A stretch of 43,336 nucleotides of DNA from Neophaeotheca triangularis (GCA_054600435.1 BAAIJX010000065.1:62001-105336); one strand, 5' to 3'. Positions 9,620 to 21,759 are shown, counted from the first letter of the stretch. The notes: generated by a model from the sequence alone, not told the origin. Made by a program: numbers and translations.

Positions 9620-11770
9620 CTACTTCCTTCCAAGCAACCCACTAAACCTCTTCCCCCTCCCCATCCTCTCCTTCTTCCCTGCACTCGCAGCACTCGCCGC
9701 CGGGGAAGAGATCCTCGGCGGTTCGAATTTCTCCCAAGGCACAACATCCGCTTTGCGAGTGACTTTGCCGCCCAGACCTAAGCGCTCTTTGGGAGCGAGG
9801 TTCCACTGTTCGGACATGATGCTTGGGGTGACGGAAGCGGCGCCTGCGCTGTTGTTGCGGACGGGTTGGGAAAGCGGCCAATCCGCTGGGAGGTCGGGTC
9901 CTATGTCAGCTTCTGTACCGTCATCATCATCATCGTTGTTGTTGTTGTTGTTGTTGTTGTCGTCGTCGTTGTCGTTGTCGGAAAAGTTGGAATTGGGAGG
10001 GGGTTGTGACGCGCCCTGAACGAATTGCGAGAATTCTTGTGGATGGGGGGTTTTGGCGTTGGCGGAAGAGTAGGAGTGGTGCGTTGTGGTTTCGGCAGGG
10101 TTGGAGGGGAAGGTCGCCGAGGTCGCGCTGGGCGCTGTGTGATAGGAGGCTGTGGAATTGGAGGTTGCGGAGCGGTGCGCGGACGCTGCTTGTGGTGGGC
10201 TGGGCGCTGTGCGTGAGTGCCGGGCTATAGTGGAGTTGATGGGAGCGGGACGAGGCTTTTCTCGGAAGGGCAAGCTAGTCGACGAACTGTTGGCTTTTGC
10301 ACCTGCTGGTGATTCAGATGTCTCATCCGCGATGGGCTCTAAAGGGGCAGGTTTTGGTTTTCGGAACCCAATCGGAGGTCCTAGGACATCAGCGCCGGCT
10401 CGTTTGACAAAGATGATGTCGTCGGGGTCTGTTTCGTCGAACCACAGAGTGCCCGTAGCACTAGTAATTGCGGGAGGGTTCTCCGTAGCCACGGATATCG
10501 GGAGAGGTTGGTGAGGCATCTCCATGTGAGGCGTCAAAGGCGAGGCTTCCTGAGGCGTTGGTGTTCGTGTTCCCGTATGAGAGGCTGTCCTCATGGAAGC
10601 CGTGTCCGTCTCGCTAGTATCGTCATGTTCGCTCTGCTCGTCCTGCTCAGCCCACCTGTTGAACCAATACAAATCGGGACGGTCATCTTCAGAGGTAGTT
10701 GGAGTCTTGCTCTCCTGCTCTTTAGATGCCGGCGTCCCCCAATCGAACCCGACGGGATTATCTGACTCGGTGACCGGGGTGGAGCTGTGGTGAAGATCCC
10801 GTGCAGGTCGCGAAACCGTACTCTGGCTGGAAGGACGGTGCTGCCGCTGCTGCGACTGAGAGGCCTCGCTCGAAACCGAACCAAGCTTGCTCCTTCGCGA
10901 AGAGTAAGCTTCATCCGACGCAGAAGTGGAGGAATGCACACTCCGCCGACTAGCTCGAGTAGGAGAAGAGACAGAAGAGCCGCGATGACTCTTGTGCAGG
11001 CTCTCACGCTCCGCAAGCCTCTTCTTGCCGTCCGGCGGTAAGCCATTCCACTTGCTATTGACCTTTGGCACACCCTCGGGGAGTTTCTTGGAAGAGATGC
11101 CGGGCATACCCACAGACGTAGCTCTTGCACCCTTTTGCGACGTCATCTTTCTCTGCTGGTCTGCAAATTCCTCCCACGCCGAAGTCGACGGCTCCTTCAG
11201 TGTCAGGAAGCCCAGCATACCAGTCCTCTTCTTCTTGGCTTGTGGCTGCTCTTTGGCCTTTTTCTCCGAACTCCCCGACGAGCCTTGGGCGGTCGACTGG
11301 CGCGTCAGCGAGGTAGTGCTACTGTTCCTCGAAGCGTCCGGCGAGCCGGTTCTGTGCGAGGATGTCGATGAAGCATTGGTTTTGCGCCGCTCGCCGCCGC
11401 GAGTCGGCAGAGCGGTGATTTCGTCGCCATTTGCGTCTCTAGATCGACTGCGGGCGGCAGACTGGTATGTTCGTCTCGGCGAAGCGTCGTCGTCGCGGCT
11501 TGATGTTGGCTTTTGGTGGTTGGAGGCACGCTCCGACAAGAGATCCGCAGCAGGCATCAGGACGCGCTACCAGCGGGTTCCCCAGTGTCAGTGGTGCTGC
11601 TAGCCGAGGCCCTTGTGCTACCGAGCGCGACCACGACGAGGACAGGACAGGATGGGAGGAGGTTTAAGTGGATGGGGACTGCAGTCTGGAGAAGTAAAGA
11701 AGACTGCACAACGGCAGCAGCCTCTGAAGGTACTATCTACAATCTCTGGGCCTGTGACGGACGCAGACAT
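9620..11770 (-). CDS. Uncharacterised Ser/Arg/Pro-rich, largely disordered protein; main exon 11566-9620, possible first exon 11770-11741
   Basis: 645-codon ORF from ATG 11557 with short motif-like islands (GMLGFLTLKEPS, PKVNSKWNGLP, SEQWNLAPKERLGLGG). An upstream CTGAC branch and TAG acceptor (11567) with a GTAGAT donor (11740) give an in-frame 10-codon first exon. Confidence 0.7.
9921..9980. repeat. Compound trinucleotide microsatellite (ATC/GTT/GTC)n encoding a poly-Asn/Asp tract
   Basis: Directly visible; translates as DNDNDDDNNNNNNNNDDDDD in the minus-strand ORF. Confidence 0.9.
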
Positions 11771-12568
11771 GTCCGGCCAGCAGAAGGCAGGCGGGCAGTA
11801 AGTTCCAGGTTAGTAAAGTTGCCTAGTAAAAACGGACGGATCGTGACTTGTGGCTTGCTTCGACCTAGCGTCGACTCGAGCCAAATTTGGAAGTGCCAAT
11901 GATTCTCGTCTCCGCCAAAATATTGACTTTTATGATTCGCTGAATCGCGAGAATAAAGAAGGGTAAGGTATTCAAGGTCCTTCCCATCAGTTACCAGAGG
12001 ATGGGCTGAGATGTCGTACCTAGGTATTCTCACAGTAGAACCGCAAGCCACCCGACCAAATTTGCAGCTTCCAGTACGAGGAAATAAATCCAACCCCGAC
12101 CCGATAACAAGCAACGTCGTCGTTCTCCAGTCCACTACCTACTACTGTCTGCGGCCTTGTGACTAGTCTTCACAGTAGTAGTAACAGTAGTAACTCAGTA
12201 GTCTTCCGTCCCTGCGTGTCTAGCAGCTGCACGCCGACAGATGCCAAACGGCCGCGATGCAAGGCCAGAGTCTAAAGAGAGGTAGAATCTTCCGATCCAG
12301 TCATGCCCTCGCTACTACCGCTGAGGCCCGTCAATACTCATTGATTTGACAAGTCTCCCGCTCTCCCTTCCCTCCACGTGCAACGAGTCAAACGACACCT
12401 GGCGCCCGGGATGATGCTGGTGCTTGGTGAGGAGGACGTCAGTAGTAGTGGGAGAATGGTTTGATCGACCCGGGTGTTTTGGAAGGCAGTCTAGGTAGTG
12501 GTTGTGGTGTTAGTATGCTATTACTGGTGTAGCTCCGAAAAGACGTGCTGCCACGCTGTCGCCCCGAT

Positions 12569-12648
12569 GATTGATTGACTGACTGACTGATTGACTGACT
12601 GACTGACTGACTGATTGATTGAGTGATTGATTGATTGATTGATTGATT
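12569..12648. repeat. Compound tetranucleotide microsatellite (GATT/GACT)~20
   Basis: Directly visible intergenic tandem array. Confidence 0.95.
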
Positions 12649-13200
12649 GGCCAAGACCGCATCATTGGAAACAATAATGCCATCTCGAAACTTGCCGTGT
12701 TCGAGCGCGCATACTAGCAACGATAATAATGTCCTTCCAGTCACCATCAAGAAGTCTCCACTCTCCGGGTACGAGGTTTGGCACGGGCACAGGTACAGTA
12801 TTATTACATATTGCTAGCATTCATCTTCTCTGCGCCTTCAATCATCTGTTCGTGTTGCAAGACAAGCCAAATATCACACTGTCTACATACCTTAAAGCCG
12901 TGAACGTAAAGACCACTATGGATTCGATTAAATGAGCAAAGCAAATCCAAGACTGTCTTTCGTGATGACAACAAAACATACGACAACCCGTCACCACCGA
13001 CAGGGCGACCAACTCCTCAGCCCTCTATACAAACGCATGTGCGACCCCATCGCACCTCTCAAGCTGCCGCGGTATATAGGCTGGCTCCAGCGCAACCTCT
13101 ACTACTACAACACCACAACCCCATACCTCAACCCCTCCAAATCCGGCTCCCCCCCACAACCCCAACACCAACACACTCAGATCGCAAATCATCCCAAATG

Positions 13201-14197
13201 CTACTTGGTCAAAAAGGCCTTCATGCGATTGCTGCCAGCCGTCTCATCCTCAATCTGCTCAAGCTCATTCAATCTACCCGTAGCCACATCCAACAAGACG
13301 CCATGAACCTGCGTTTGTCCAGCCTGCATGGCATCAATCACGGTACTAATCCTCTTGAGCCCCTCCACACCCGCCTGCACATTCAGCTTTGCAAGGTAAT
13401 TGCTCTTCTCCATCCCCTCGAGCTTCTCCAACTCCTCGGCATGCCTTTCCCGCAGCAACCGCATCGGCTGCAACCAGACGTCTATAACGCCGAGTTTGGC
13501 ATTTCCCAGAGTCGCGCCCACGCCTCCGCAGCTGGTGTGCCCGGCTACGACAATGTGCTCGACTTTGAGGTTCTTGACGGCGAAATCCACAACGCTGAGC
13601 ATGTTGATGTCGGTCGGGGAGACGATGTTGGCGATGTTGCGGTGCGTGAAGACATCGCCGGGTTTGAGACCCAGCAGCGTGGTTTCGGGCATGCGGCTGT
13701 CGGAGCAACCGATCCAGAGGATCTTTGGGGATTGCCCTTTTGCGGCTTTGGGGAAGAAGTCTGGGTTCTCACTCGCGGTGCGTGTCGCCCATTCTTCGTT
13801 GGCGCGGATCGAGTCTGCCCATATGTTGCCTTTGGAGGTGGTTATGTTGTTAGCTTCGGCATCGTCGGTGGGAGTGTTGCTCCTGCTGCTGCTGCTGTGG
13901 AAGCGGGTTTGGGACGAGTCATGGGTGCTGCGAGGTGGTGCGTGGGAGATGCAGGGTCGGGTGCGAGGTTGGAGTTGGAGGCCGCCGGGTCTGGGTGTGC
14001 GGACTGTGCCCGCCTGGCGTAGACATGATCGTAATAATGGTTGCATGAAGGGAGCGAGGGGTTTTGCGCTTGGTGCGAGGCAAAGGATGGGGATAGGAAG
14101 CGAAGGGATTGATGTGCTGCAGGGTTTGGAGGGCGTTCGCATATCGAAATGATTCACTCTACTTACCCGATGGCCCGTTCCCGTTGGTCCCAGCCAT
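13201..14197 (-). CDS. Beta-class carbonic anhydrase; mitochondrial isoform 14046-13201 (281 aa) and predicted spliced cytosolic isoform 14197-14167 + 13829-13201 (219 aa)
   Basis: Zn-ligand motifs ILWIGCSDSR and GHTSCGG, plus GDVFTHRNIANIV. Arg/Ser-rich, nearly acid-free N-terminus from ATG 14046. GTAAGT donor at 14166, GCTAAC branch at 13854-13849, AAG acceptor at 13830. Confidence 0.9.
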
Positions 14198-15156
14198 TGC
14201 GATCCAGGAGTTTGGTGGTGGTTCTTGAGCTCGTCGGGTTGGAATGTATTGAATTGGAATAGACGATAGAGACTCTTCTCTATGGAGCAGGTCGTAGATT
14301 ACAGGAGATACTGCCGTTGAGGAAGATATGTACAATACAGACGCAATCGCTGACGATAGCAACGGGCGGTCTTTCTTTTGTGATTTCACCCGAGCTGTTG
14401 GGAGCTCAAACTCCGACGAAAGTGCGGATACAGCGGGGTAGTGCCCCCCTTCTCGGCACGCCTGGGCGAAAGAGGAAGATGCGACTACATTTGGTAGGTA
14501 CTGCCTACTTGAGGCTCACACAGTCACGAGGTTTGTATCGTACCGCCAAAAGTGCGACGAATGGCTCGCTGTGCCCTCCCTACAAGACCACCTCGAGCTT
14601 CGTAGGTTTTTGAAGTCCGACGAGAAATGAAATGGTGATACGCTTTCCACAACAGAGACCAAGCATTGAGATATCTTGAACGCTGCTCGTCTTCACCCCT
14701 TCTTACACCCAAGATGCCCAGTCAACTGTCCGCGAACTTGGCTACCTTAGCGCCCAAGGCCACGAGACGATGTGTGGTGTATCAGCTCGTTCACACATGA
14801 GCTGGGCATGCAAAGACCCCTCAAAACCACCTGAGGGGGAGTCTTCGGAACAACGGCTGGCTTCTGTAGCGGGCGCCAATGTCTCGGAACGCTCGCGAAA
14901 GACTTGCGCGCATGAGGAACATACAGCAGCGCTCTGCATACTTGGGTAGGTGTATGTATGTACCTGAACTGTATCAAGTCGGTACACCCAAGGTGTAGCC
15001 ATGATAAGACGCCCGTCGAGACCGCTGTCTCGAACACGAGGTAAGCATGTCGAATATCAAGTACGCCATGCCGGCCTGTAGCACCTCGATGAACGATGGC
15101 AAGGCCACGCAACCACCTACCGTGAATACATCCATACGGCAAAGTCAACCGGAGCC

Positions 15157-16065
15157 ATGGACAACATCTCACACCCAGACCCCCTAATCGTCCACGACAT
15201 CACAACAGTCCAGCGCACCCTTTTCGCAGTACTCCTGTTCCTCGACCTTTGCATGTTGAGCATCTACCTCCTAGCCTGGTTCGGGCAACGCGAGCCCGAC
15301 GATCCACTGAAAACCCTCTCGACCGACCAGCGCGAGGGCTGGAACATAACCCAAAAAGACATTGAGCTAGGAGCCGCTCGAAGCCAGGTCTGGACCGGCT
15401 TGATCGCTCTGCTCGTTGACAGCATCCTCACCTTGGCTCAAACCGTCCTCTACGTCGACCATCTCAAGCGGCTCGGCTCAGTAGCTTTGACAGACAGCGG
15501 CGCCGTGCTGGCGAGCGTCGGAACGCTCGCGTGCGTGGTCTTGCTCCTCGCTTCGCCTCTCTTCCTCGCCGTGCTGCTGCGAGCCTGTCGACCTTGCTTC
15601 CAGCACATGGGCCCAGAGGAAGCTACAAACCGCACCAACGCCATCGCAGTCGCTATCACACATCTCCTCGTGCTCATCGCCATGGGCAGCACCTTGCCAG
15701 GCCCTTTAATAACGTCGGGTATCGCGGCCAACTGGGTCTTTCTTTCCACGATGGGAGCAGCGTGGTCATGGTTCATCGTCAGCGCGGCTCTCACTTGCTG
15801 CCAGACTGAGAGACTCGTGGTTTGTCAACGTGATGCGAGCTTTGGCACTCTGGTGAAGCGCTGCTATGCTGTAGGGAAGTTCAAGAGGGCGTTGCGAGGG
15901 CACAGACATGGTCGGGCGAATGCCAAAGCCTCGGACAAGGCGGGTCTTGGAGGCAATTTTGAGGTTCAGTTTGCTAGAAAGGGTTTGCGGAGATACAGTC
16001 GTGATTCGGGTGAGAGGGATGTGGAGGAGTCGAACAGGCAATGCAGGCGAATTGATATTGATTGA
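15157..16065 (+). CDS. Uncharacterised multi-pass membrane protein (302 aa)
   Basis: Intronless ORF with a GCCATGG start context, about 5 hydrophobic segments and a basic C-terminal tail. No family recognised. Confidence 0.65.
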   Translation: MDNISHPDPLIVHDITTVQRTLFAVLLFLDLCMLSIYLLAWFGQREPDDPLKTLSTDQREGWNITQKDIELGAARSQVWTGLIALLVDSILTLAQTVLYVDHLKRLGSVALTDSGAVLASVGTLACVVLLLASPLFLAVLLRACRPCFQHMGPEEATNRTNAIAVAITHLLVLIAMGSTLPGPLITSGIAANWVFLSTMGAAWSWFIVSAALTCCQTERLVVCQRDASFGTLVKRCYAVGKFKRALRGHRHGRANAKASDKAGLGGNFEVQFARKGLRRYSRDSGERDVEESNRQCRRIDID

Positions 16066-17464
16066 GGCTCTTTTGAGGCGAGATGTCGATCTGCATTAGG
16101 AAGGCTGGGCTCGTGGCGGGGTTATTGTTTTCTGCTGTCACCGTTGCGAAGGCAAACATGGCAACGCAGAAAGTGGAGAGACGTGCTTGCGTTGCCTACA
16201 GGTACGAGTCTTACGCGCATGCGTATGCATGGCTGGATGTGTGGTGGTTACCACCGGGATACCGCATGGTTTCTATTTCCATTAACATATTAATGCAGGT
16301 GAGCAGGTAGAATGAGGTATCATCCTAGATGGATCCTGGCGGTCGTCAGCGACAACAGCCACAGTGGCAGGTTGACGCGGCTCCGGCGGTCGATCTGCGC
16401 TGACGGACACTACTACTGTCGGGTTGCTGGGCACACCAGCATGATGAGCATGATGAATACGAACGCGGAATCGGGTTTTGTTGTTGGCGTTACACGACAA
16501 GCTGCAGGCTGCCGAAGAATGGATGTGCATGGTACGGTCAGGTAGGAGGTAGGCCGGAAAAGCTGTCTGCTGGTCAAGGATCGGGAGAGAGTGGGCAGAG
16601 TTCAGACTTTTTGGTAGGTAGTATAGGTAGTTTGGATGGAAGCAACTGATGGGCCATGTGAATGTCCCAAGGCTGGTCCTGTACGCAGTGTATCTCCACG
16701 GAGAGAGGGAATTGGTGAGGCTAAGGTATGATATGAACTGACCCAGCGTTGGGGGGCACGCTATCTGAAACAGCTCCCGTCTGGGATGATTCGATGAACA
16801 TGTCCACGCCGCGCGTTCGTTTTGACCGGAAAAAGGCGTGTAAGTGAAGTAGTTAGTACCTAGGTAGTCATGGCTGGGATACAATTATCTTACCTACCTC
16901 ATCATACAAGCAGCAGGGACTGTTGAGCTCTCGACCGTCGCTAGGTATGCTTCTATTATTACTGTAGCTACTTCTTCAGCCACTTTCTGCAGCTGAGAGG
17001 TGCAGGTGCAGGTGGGGATGAATGTTTGCGCGTCCCCAGGCCACCGAGTGCCTGAGAGTTTTCGGGCACAGCCTGTCAGCCACGGAACACGCAACCCGAC
17101 ACAGCAACAGCCACCGGAAGCCACTGCTTAAGCATGCCAAGCCGTCAAAGCTTTGTGCGGGTGCAGACGTTGGCGCAGCGGCAAGGCGGGTACCTCTTGT
17201 TAGCGCGTCGGTAGCCCTCTTCGCTAAAGCAGGGAGGAGCTGCAGGGGATCGTGCCTTCCAAAACAGATATATGGCCAGGCCTCCATCTTCTTTCTCTCC
17301 CTTTCCACACACACACACTACTCCTCTTGCTCAAACTCTTCACCCTCACCTTCACCTTACATTACCTTCTCCCACACGTCTTGAACGTATTTCCATTCGC
17401 TCTCCAACAAACTAATCTAATACCAACAACTCCCATCTTCAACAAACCAACAACCACCCTCACC

Positions 17465-18247
17465 ATGCGTTCCTCCATGATCCTCCTCTCCGTCGCGGCC
17501 ACCAGCGTCATGGGTGTCGCCGTCGACCACGCCAAGAACTTTGACCGCGACACCATGCCTCAGGGCTACGAGCAGAACGATGCCTACCCCGTCTCCCAGA
17601 TCGAGGATGGTAAGCTCTCTCCACCTGATACCACTCCCTTCTGACCAACGCTTTACTGACTCACCATTCTAGGCCAAGTGCAAGCTCCTACTGAGGCTGT
17701 TCCCGTTGACATGCCCGCCGCTGAGACCTCCATCCCCGCTGTCGAGACTGAGCAGCCCGCCGTTGAGACTGAGCAGCCCGCCGCTGAGACCGAGCAGCCC
17801 GTCGCTGAGACCTCTCAACCCGCTGTCGCAACCGAGCCCATGCCTGAGACCGCCACAGTCCCAGCTGCCGAGGAGACCGCCCCTCCTTCTCCCTACGAGA
17901 GCGAGGCCTCGGTCGAGATCCCTTCCAGCGTCCCAGCTGTCGCCCCCATCCCAGAGCCCGTCGAGACCCAGACTGAGGCCGAGACTGAGGTTGCTGCCAC
18001 CACTCCCGCTGTCCAGACTCCCTACCCAGTCGGCAACGGCACCGTCCCTGCTACTGGCACTGGCGCCGTCGGCACCTCCTCCACTCTCGTCTCCACTGCC
18101 ACCGCTGGCGGCGCCGGTTCCTCCTCCACCGCCGACTCGGCCGCCGACTCCACCTCTTCTGCTGAAGCCAGCGAGGGCGGTGCCTCCGGCCTCGCCATCC
18201 CCGCCTTCGCCTCGCTCTTCGCCGGCGTCATGGCTCTCTTCGTTTAA
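17465..18247 (+). CDS. Secreted GPI-anchored cell-wall protein with one PIR-like repeat; exons 17465-17609, 17673-18247 (239 aa)
   Basis: Signal peptide MRSSMILLSVAATSVMG. Splicing creates VSQIEDGQVQA, close to the PIR consensus SQIGDGQIQA. Ser/Thr/Pro/Glu-rich stalk with ~4 copies of a 21-nt PAVETEQ-type repeat (17735-17818). Hydrophobic C-terminal GPI signal. Confidence 0.85.
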
Positions 18248-18811
18248 GAGACTCGCGTGCTCAGACAACAAGCCAAAAACAACACCTTGTACAACTTTAG
18301 CGTTGCAACTTCGGAGTACGACTCGGGGTCATGGGATTGCTTTAGCGGGGTTTTTAACTGCTCTACATCAGCAGTAGAGGGAGGGAAAATAGTAATGTCG
18401 CTCCCGTTGATGAGAGGGTCATACTAGACGGCGTTTATTGAACAGTCGATTTAGATAGATACCTCTTGTGATGACAATCACACTCAAAATGCAAACACAT
18501 CCATGAAATGCTTCACAATAGCACTACTGCCCTCATGTTTTCTCTCTACAATTGGGCCCGTTCGACGCTGCCATCATACTTGATCCTATCCCCTGTCCTC
18601 CGCAAGCGGTATTTTCTCAATGCCCCGTTGAGTTGCCATCTCGAGCAGACTCCTCACCCTTCAACAGACATTGCGAGTGCCAACATTAGGTACAGACTTT
18701 CCCAAAACGCAATCGAAGTTCCATCAACGCCTTCCTCCGACCTCACCCCTCGCCCTTGAAATCTCCCTCCCTATCTCCATCCCACTACGCCTCTCTCACG
18801 CGTCGCCAGCA

Positions 18812-19922
18812 CTACCACAACTCTGTCGGGCGGTCCAGGAGGGTCCAGGATAGGAGGAAGGCAGTTGTGTCGCGGTTGGCGAAGAGGATGGCGAGGGTTT
18901 GCGAGCGGAGCTCGAGCGGGGAGAAGGGTGTGGGTTGTTGGGCGCGGTCTAGGAGTTTCGGCTCTGGCGCGTCGGACGGATTGCGAGGTGAAGTTCCGTG
19001 CCGCGGGTAGAGGCTTTGCAAGCGGATGCGCGGCATCGTGTAATGGCCGGCTAGTTGAAACTGTTTGCGGAATTCATCGCTGGAGACGTCCTGCTGGCCA
19101 GGTTCTTCCGCTGGTGCAGTGTTGGAAGTCTCTCGAGCCGTAGTGGGTTCGGGGTAGTTCCTACGGATTGCAGCTGCCTGACCGCGCCTGCGGAAACGCC
19201 GAAGAGGATTTCGGGGACCGTGTCGAGCGTGAGGTTGAGCAAGTGGTCCAAGAGCTTCGACTCCCTTGTCCGGCCGTCCGCGTCACAAGGACCCCACGCT
19301 TCGATGAGTTGGTCGCAAGCTCGGTTTGTGCTCTCGAGGTCGTTGATGTTTACGCGCGAGAATTGGGGTCTGAACATGGTGCGGGAGTGCTCCCGGAAGG
19401 CGCCATCGGTGCTGAAGATGCTTGTGCCCAAGAGCGGCGCGAGTTGCGCTCTGCAACGGGGGGCCGGTCTCGAAATCGGCGAATTGGGTCGAATGGAGGG
19501 CTTGCAGGTTGCCTGGGTCGTTGGTCATGATTGCTTCGCTGCCTTCGAAGGCGCGGTTACGCACTGTGCTATGCATTTTTGAAATCGTCGGCGAAGATGT
19601 CGTGAGGATCTTCAAGAAGTCAGTCGGGGAGGGTAGTAAGTAGTGTGGCTGTTGTTGTAAACTCACGTCTTCGCCTGTGGACCTCGTACGCCTGTGCCCA
19701 GCACGTTCAGCAAGCGCTGCTCGGAAATCACGGCGAATTGGACTCAGAGTATGTGGATGATCTGAGCAACACCATACGGCCACGATCCAGAGACATCAAG
19801 AGGAGGCTCGCAGCCGTTTTCTTTGGCGAAACGCTGAAATTGGCGTTGTCGAGCGAAGTTCACAAAGGCACGATACACGCCGTCGCCAATAGTGCAAGAT
19901 TCGTCCATGATACTACTGCTAT
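18812..19922 (-). pseudogene. Degraded CYP52-clan cytochrome P450
   Basis: Colinear fragments in different frames: TM anchor, RFAKENGCEPP, TNDPGNLQAL..TQFADFETG, IFSTDG..EHSRTMFRPQFSR, LTLDTVPEILFG, and an I-helix ELRSQTLAILFANRDTTAFLLSW. Several stops and frameshifts. The presumed start reads ATA. No heme-binding Cys motif seen. Confidence 0.8.
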
Positions 19923-20712
19923 GGTAGAGTAGTTGCTGAGCTGATGCGACCAGATATTATCGAAAAGCTCGCAGTGGTTGGAAGGGGGTTGGTAGAGGGT
20001 TGCAGCTCCTAAGTTTCGCGGACCCATTGAAACACGTACCAAGTCGGTTTCTGTCCAAAAACGGACGACTAGAGCAAAGAAATTGACGAGCACAGTCTTC
20101 TCTTTTGAATGCTATCTCCTGTTATTCAGCTCGCCAAGTTGCCAGGCTCCCAATAACGAACCGGCCAATCAAGCCGTGAGACGCCCGTCAGCTTACAACT
20201 TTTAGCGTCCCGATCCTTCTAAGCTACCTGGGTACATCCGAGGGGTTACGGCCGACAAGTATCTGTATCTCGCCCTCACTAGATGCGCGGAAAAAGGCCA
20301 TGACGCTGCGCATATCCCCAAGGCTGAGTACCAAAAGGTTCGTAGTGTGCCTTGACTTGGCCAAGCTAGGACGGGGCATGTTTGCAGGGTGCCGTGAGCA
20401 GTCTGTTGTGTCCCCGGCTTTCCGACTCGTCTTTAGACTGTCAGTCAGGCTCGCGGACAGTCATCACTTATCATTACACGCGGTCAGTTCGCGAAAGCGA
20501 AGACTTGCACTGAATAATTCGTCGAAATGGCCTATTTTTAGACAAAGCGGCCGAACGTATTATGCTTAGTAGACATGCCTCGTGGGCAGCTGGCTGATCG
20601 TGGACTAGCAGCGAGTCTCAACCGTTTCAGATTCCATGCTCTCACACATCGTCATATGTAGGCGGTTGAACGCGGTGCCGTGGTTGTACGATTTTCAGCA
20701 AGATTTCGACCG

Positions 20713-21759
20713 TCAATTTAGAAGCGAGTCCTTGGTCCAGGTGTGCCCGCGGGAGAGCTGATCACGAAGGGTCTCCAAACGATTCCCTTTTTCCATCCAA
20801 CGTTGTTCAAGCCAAGCAGCAAGCTCTTGATCCGTGTATGGCAGGTCCTTTAGTTCATACCGTCTGGCATCGACCAGAAAAGTCCAGTCTTCGTCCAGCT
20901 TGGGTCGACTCAACGACTGCCAGAATGACGGAGGAACCATGAACTCTCGGCCTTTGGCGTAAGCCACGGTGATATCGTAGACGGCCTTGACGTGAGGTGC
21001 TTGTCGCAGTCGCTGAACCGAAGCAATGAAGCCTTTTGTCCGTGGGTATAGAGTGTGTTTTGGAATAGGCTTGTCGTTTGCTTTGCACCACTCGACTGCC
21101 TCTGCGTACTTGCCGGGCGAGAATCTCGTAGCTTCGCTGTACGCGATCAGCCCTTTAGTAAGCTGTCAGTGTCGTCGACTTGTTACAAGCAGTCTGTGCA
21201 GGTCGTGCCTCGAAGACGGAAGAGGTTAGCACGCACACATTGGCCAAGAGCGTTTCAGGACGCCGTGGAAGACACGGTCCATTTCCCCCTTGTCATGGGT
21301 CCACTTGCGCGAGACCAAGGGCATGCCCATGGCCCAGAGTCCCCATCCGAGAAATGGCACCCATTTGAGTTGCTGCTTTGCAAACCAGCGACATCGACTG
21401 AGCATGCCGGCGTCAACGGCCAGCTGCTGGATCATGTAAAAGTCTGTCCACTCGACATGGTTGGAGACGACGATGGCCGTCTCGCCCCGAGGGAGTGCAT
21501 GTCCAGACGTGACAATCTTGGCGCGATTGAAGCGGGTGAAGATGAGCTGGATGCCGCGCCAGACGGATTCGGCGATGCGGGAGGACAGATGGTAGGTCAG
21601 ATCGGGTGTGACGGCGGCGAGGGGCAGCAGCGCGGAGAGGCAGGCATTGGCAAGCAAGAGGTGGAGCAGCCACGGGATGAGGAAGAGGGAGCAGCGCAGG
21701 ACGAGGACGGCCTCGACCGCGTCGCGAGCCAAATAATGGACAAGGCGATGGCGCGACAT
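20713..21759 (-). CDS. PlsC/AGPAT-family lysophospholipid acyltransferase; exons 21759-21237, 21152-20713 (320 aa)
   Basis: Catalytic NHVEWTD (HxxxxD), FAKQQLKWVPFLGWG, YSEATRF, HTLYPRTKGF and VYDITVAY motifs. The intron has a GTGCGT donor, CTGAC branch and AAG acceptor. Confidence 0.88.

Noticed and set aside
8451..9645. Many short ORFs in the ORF track between SPT2 and the next gene
   Set aside because: They cross homopolymer and low-complexity tracts, mostly use non-ATG starts and show no recognisable motifs.
13039..14152. Long antisense ORFs over the carbonic anhydrase (similar ones overlap KGD1, PMT4, the acyltransferase and the PIR gene)
   Set aside because: Expected shadow ORFs from GC-rich codon bias of the real genes; no motifs.
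14047..14157. GTG-initiated 318-aa version of carbonic anhydrase from the ORF track
   Set aside because: Non-ATG start; ATG 14046 begins the presequence-like segment, and the region lies in the predicted intron.
20695..20715. TGA-CGG readthrough context at the acyltransferase stop as a cryptic peroxisomal signal
   Set aside because: The extension would be xRSKSC*, which is not a PTS1.
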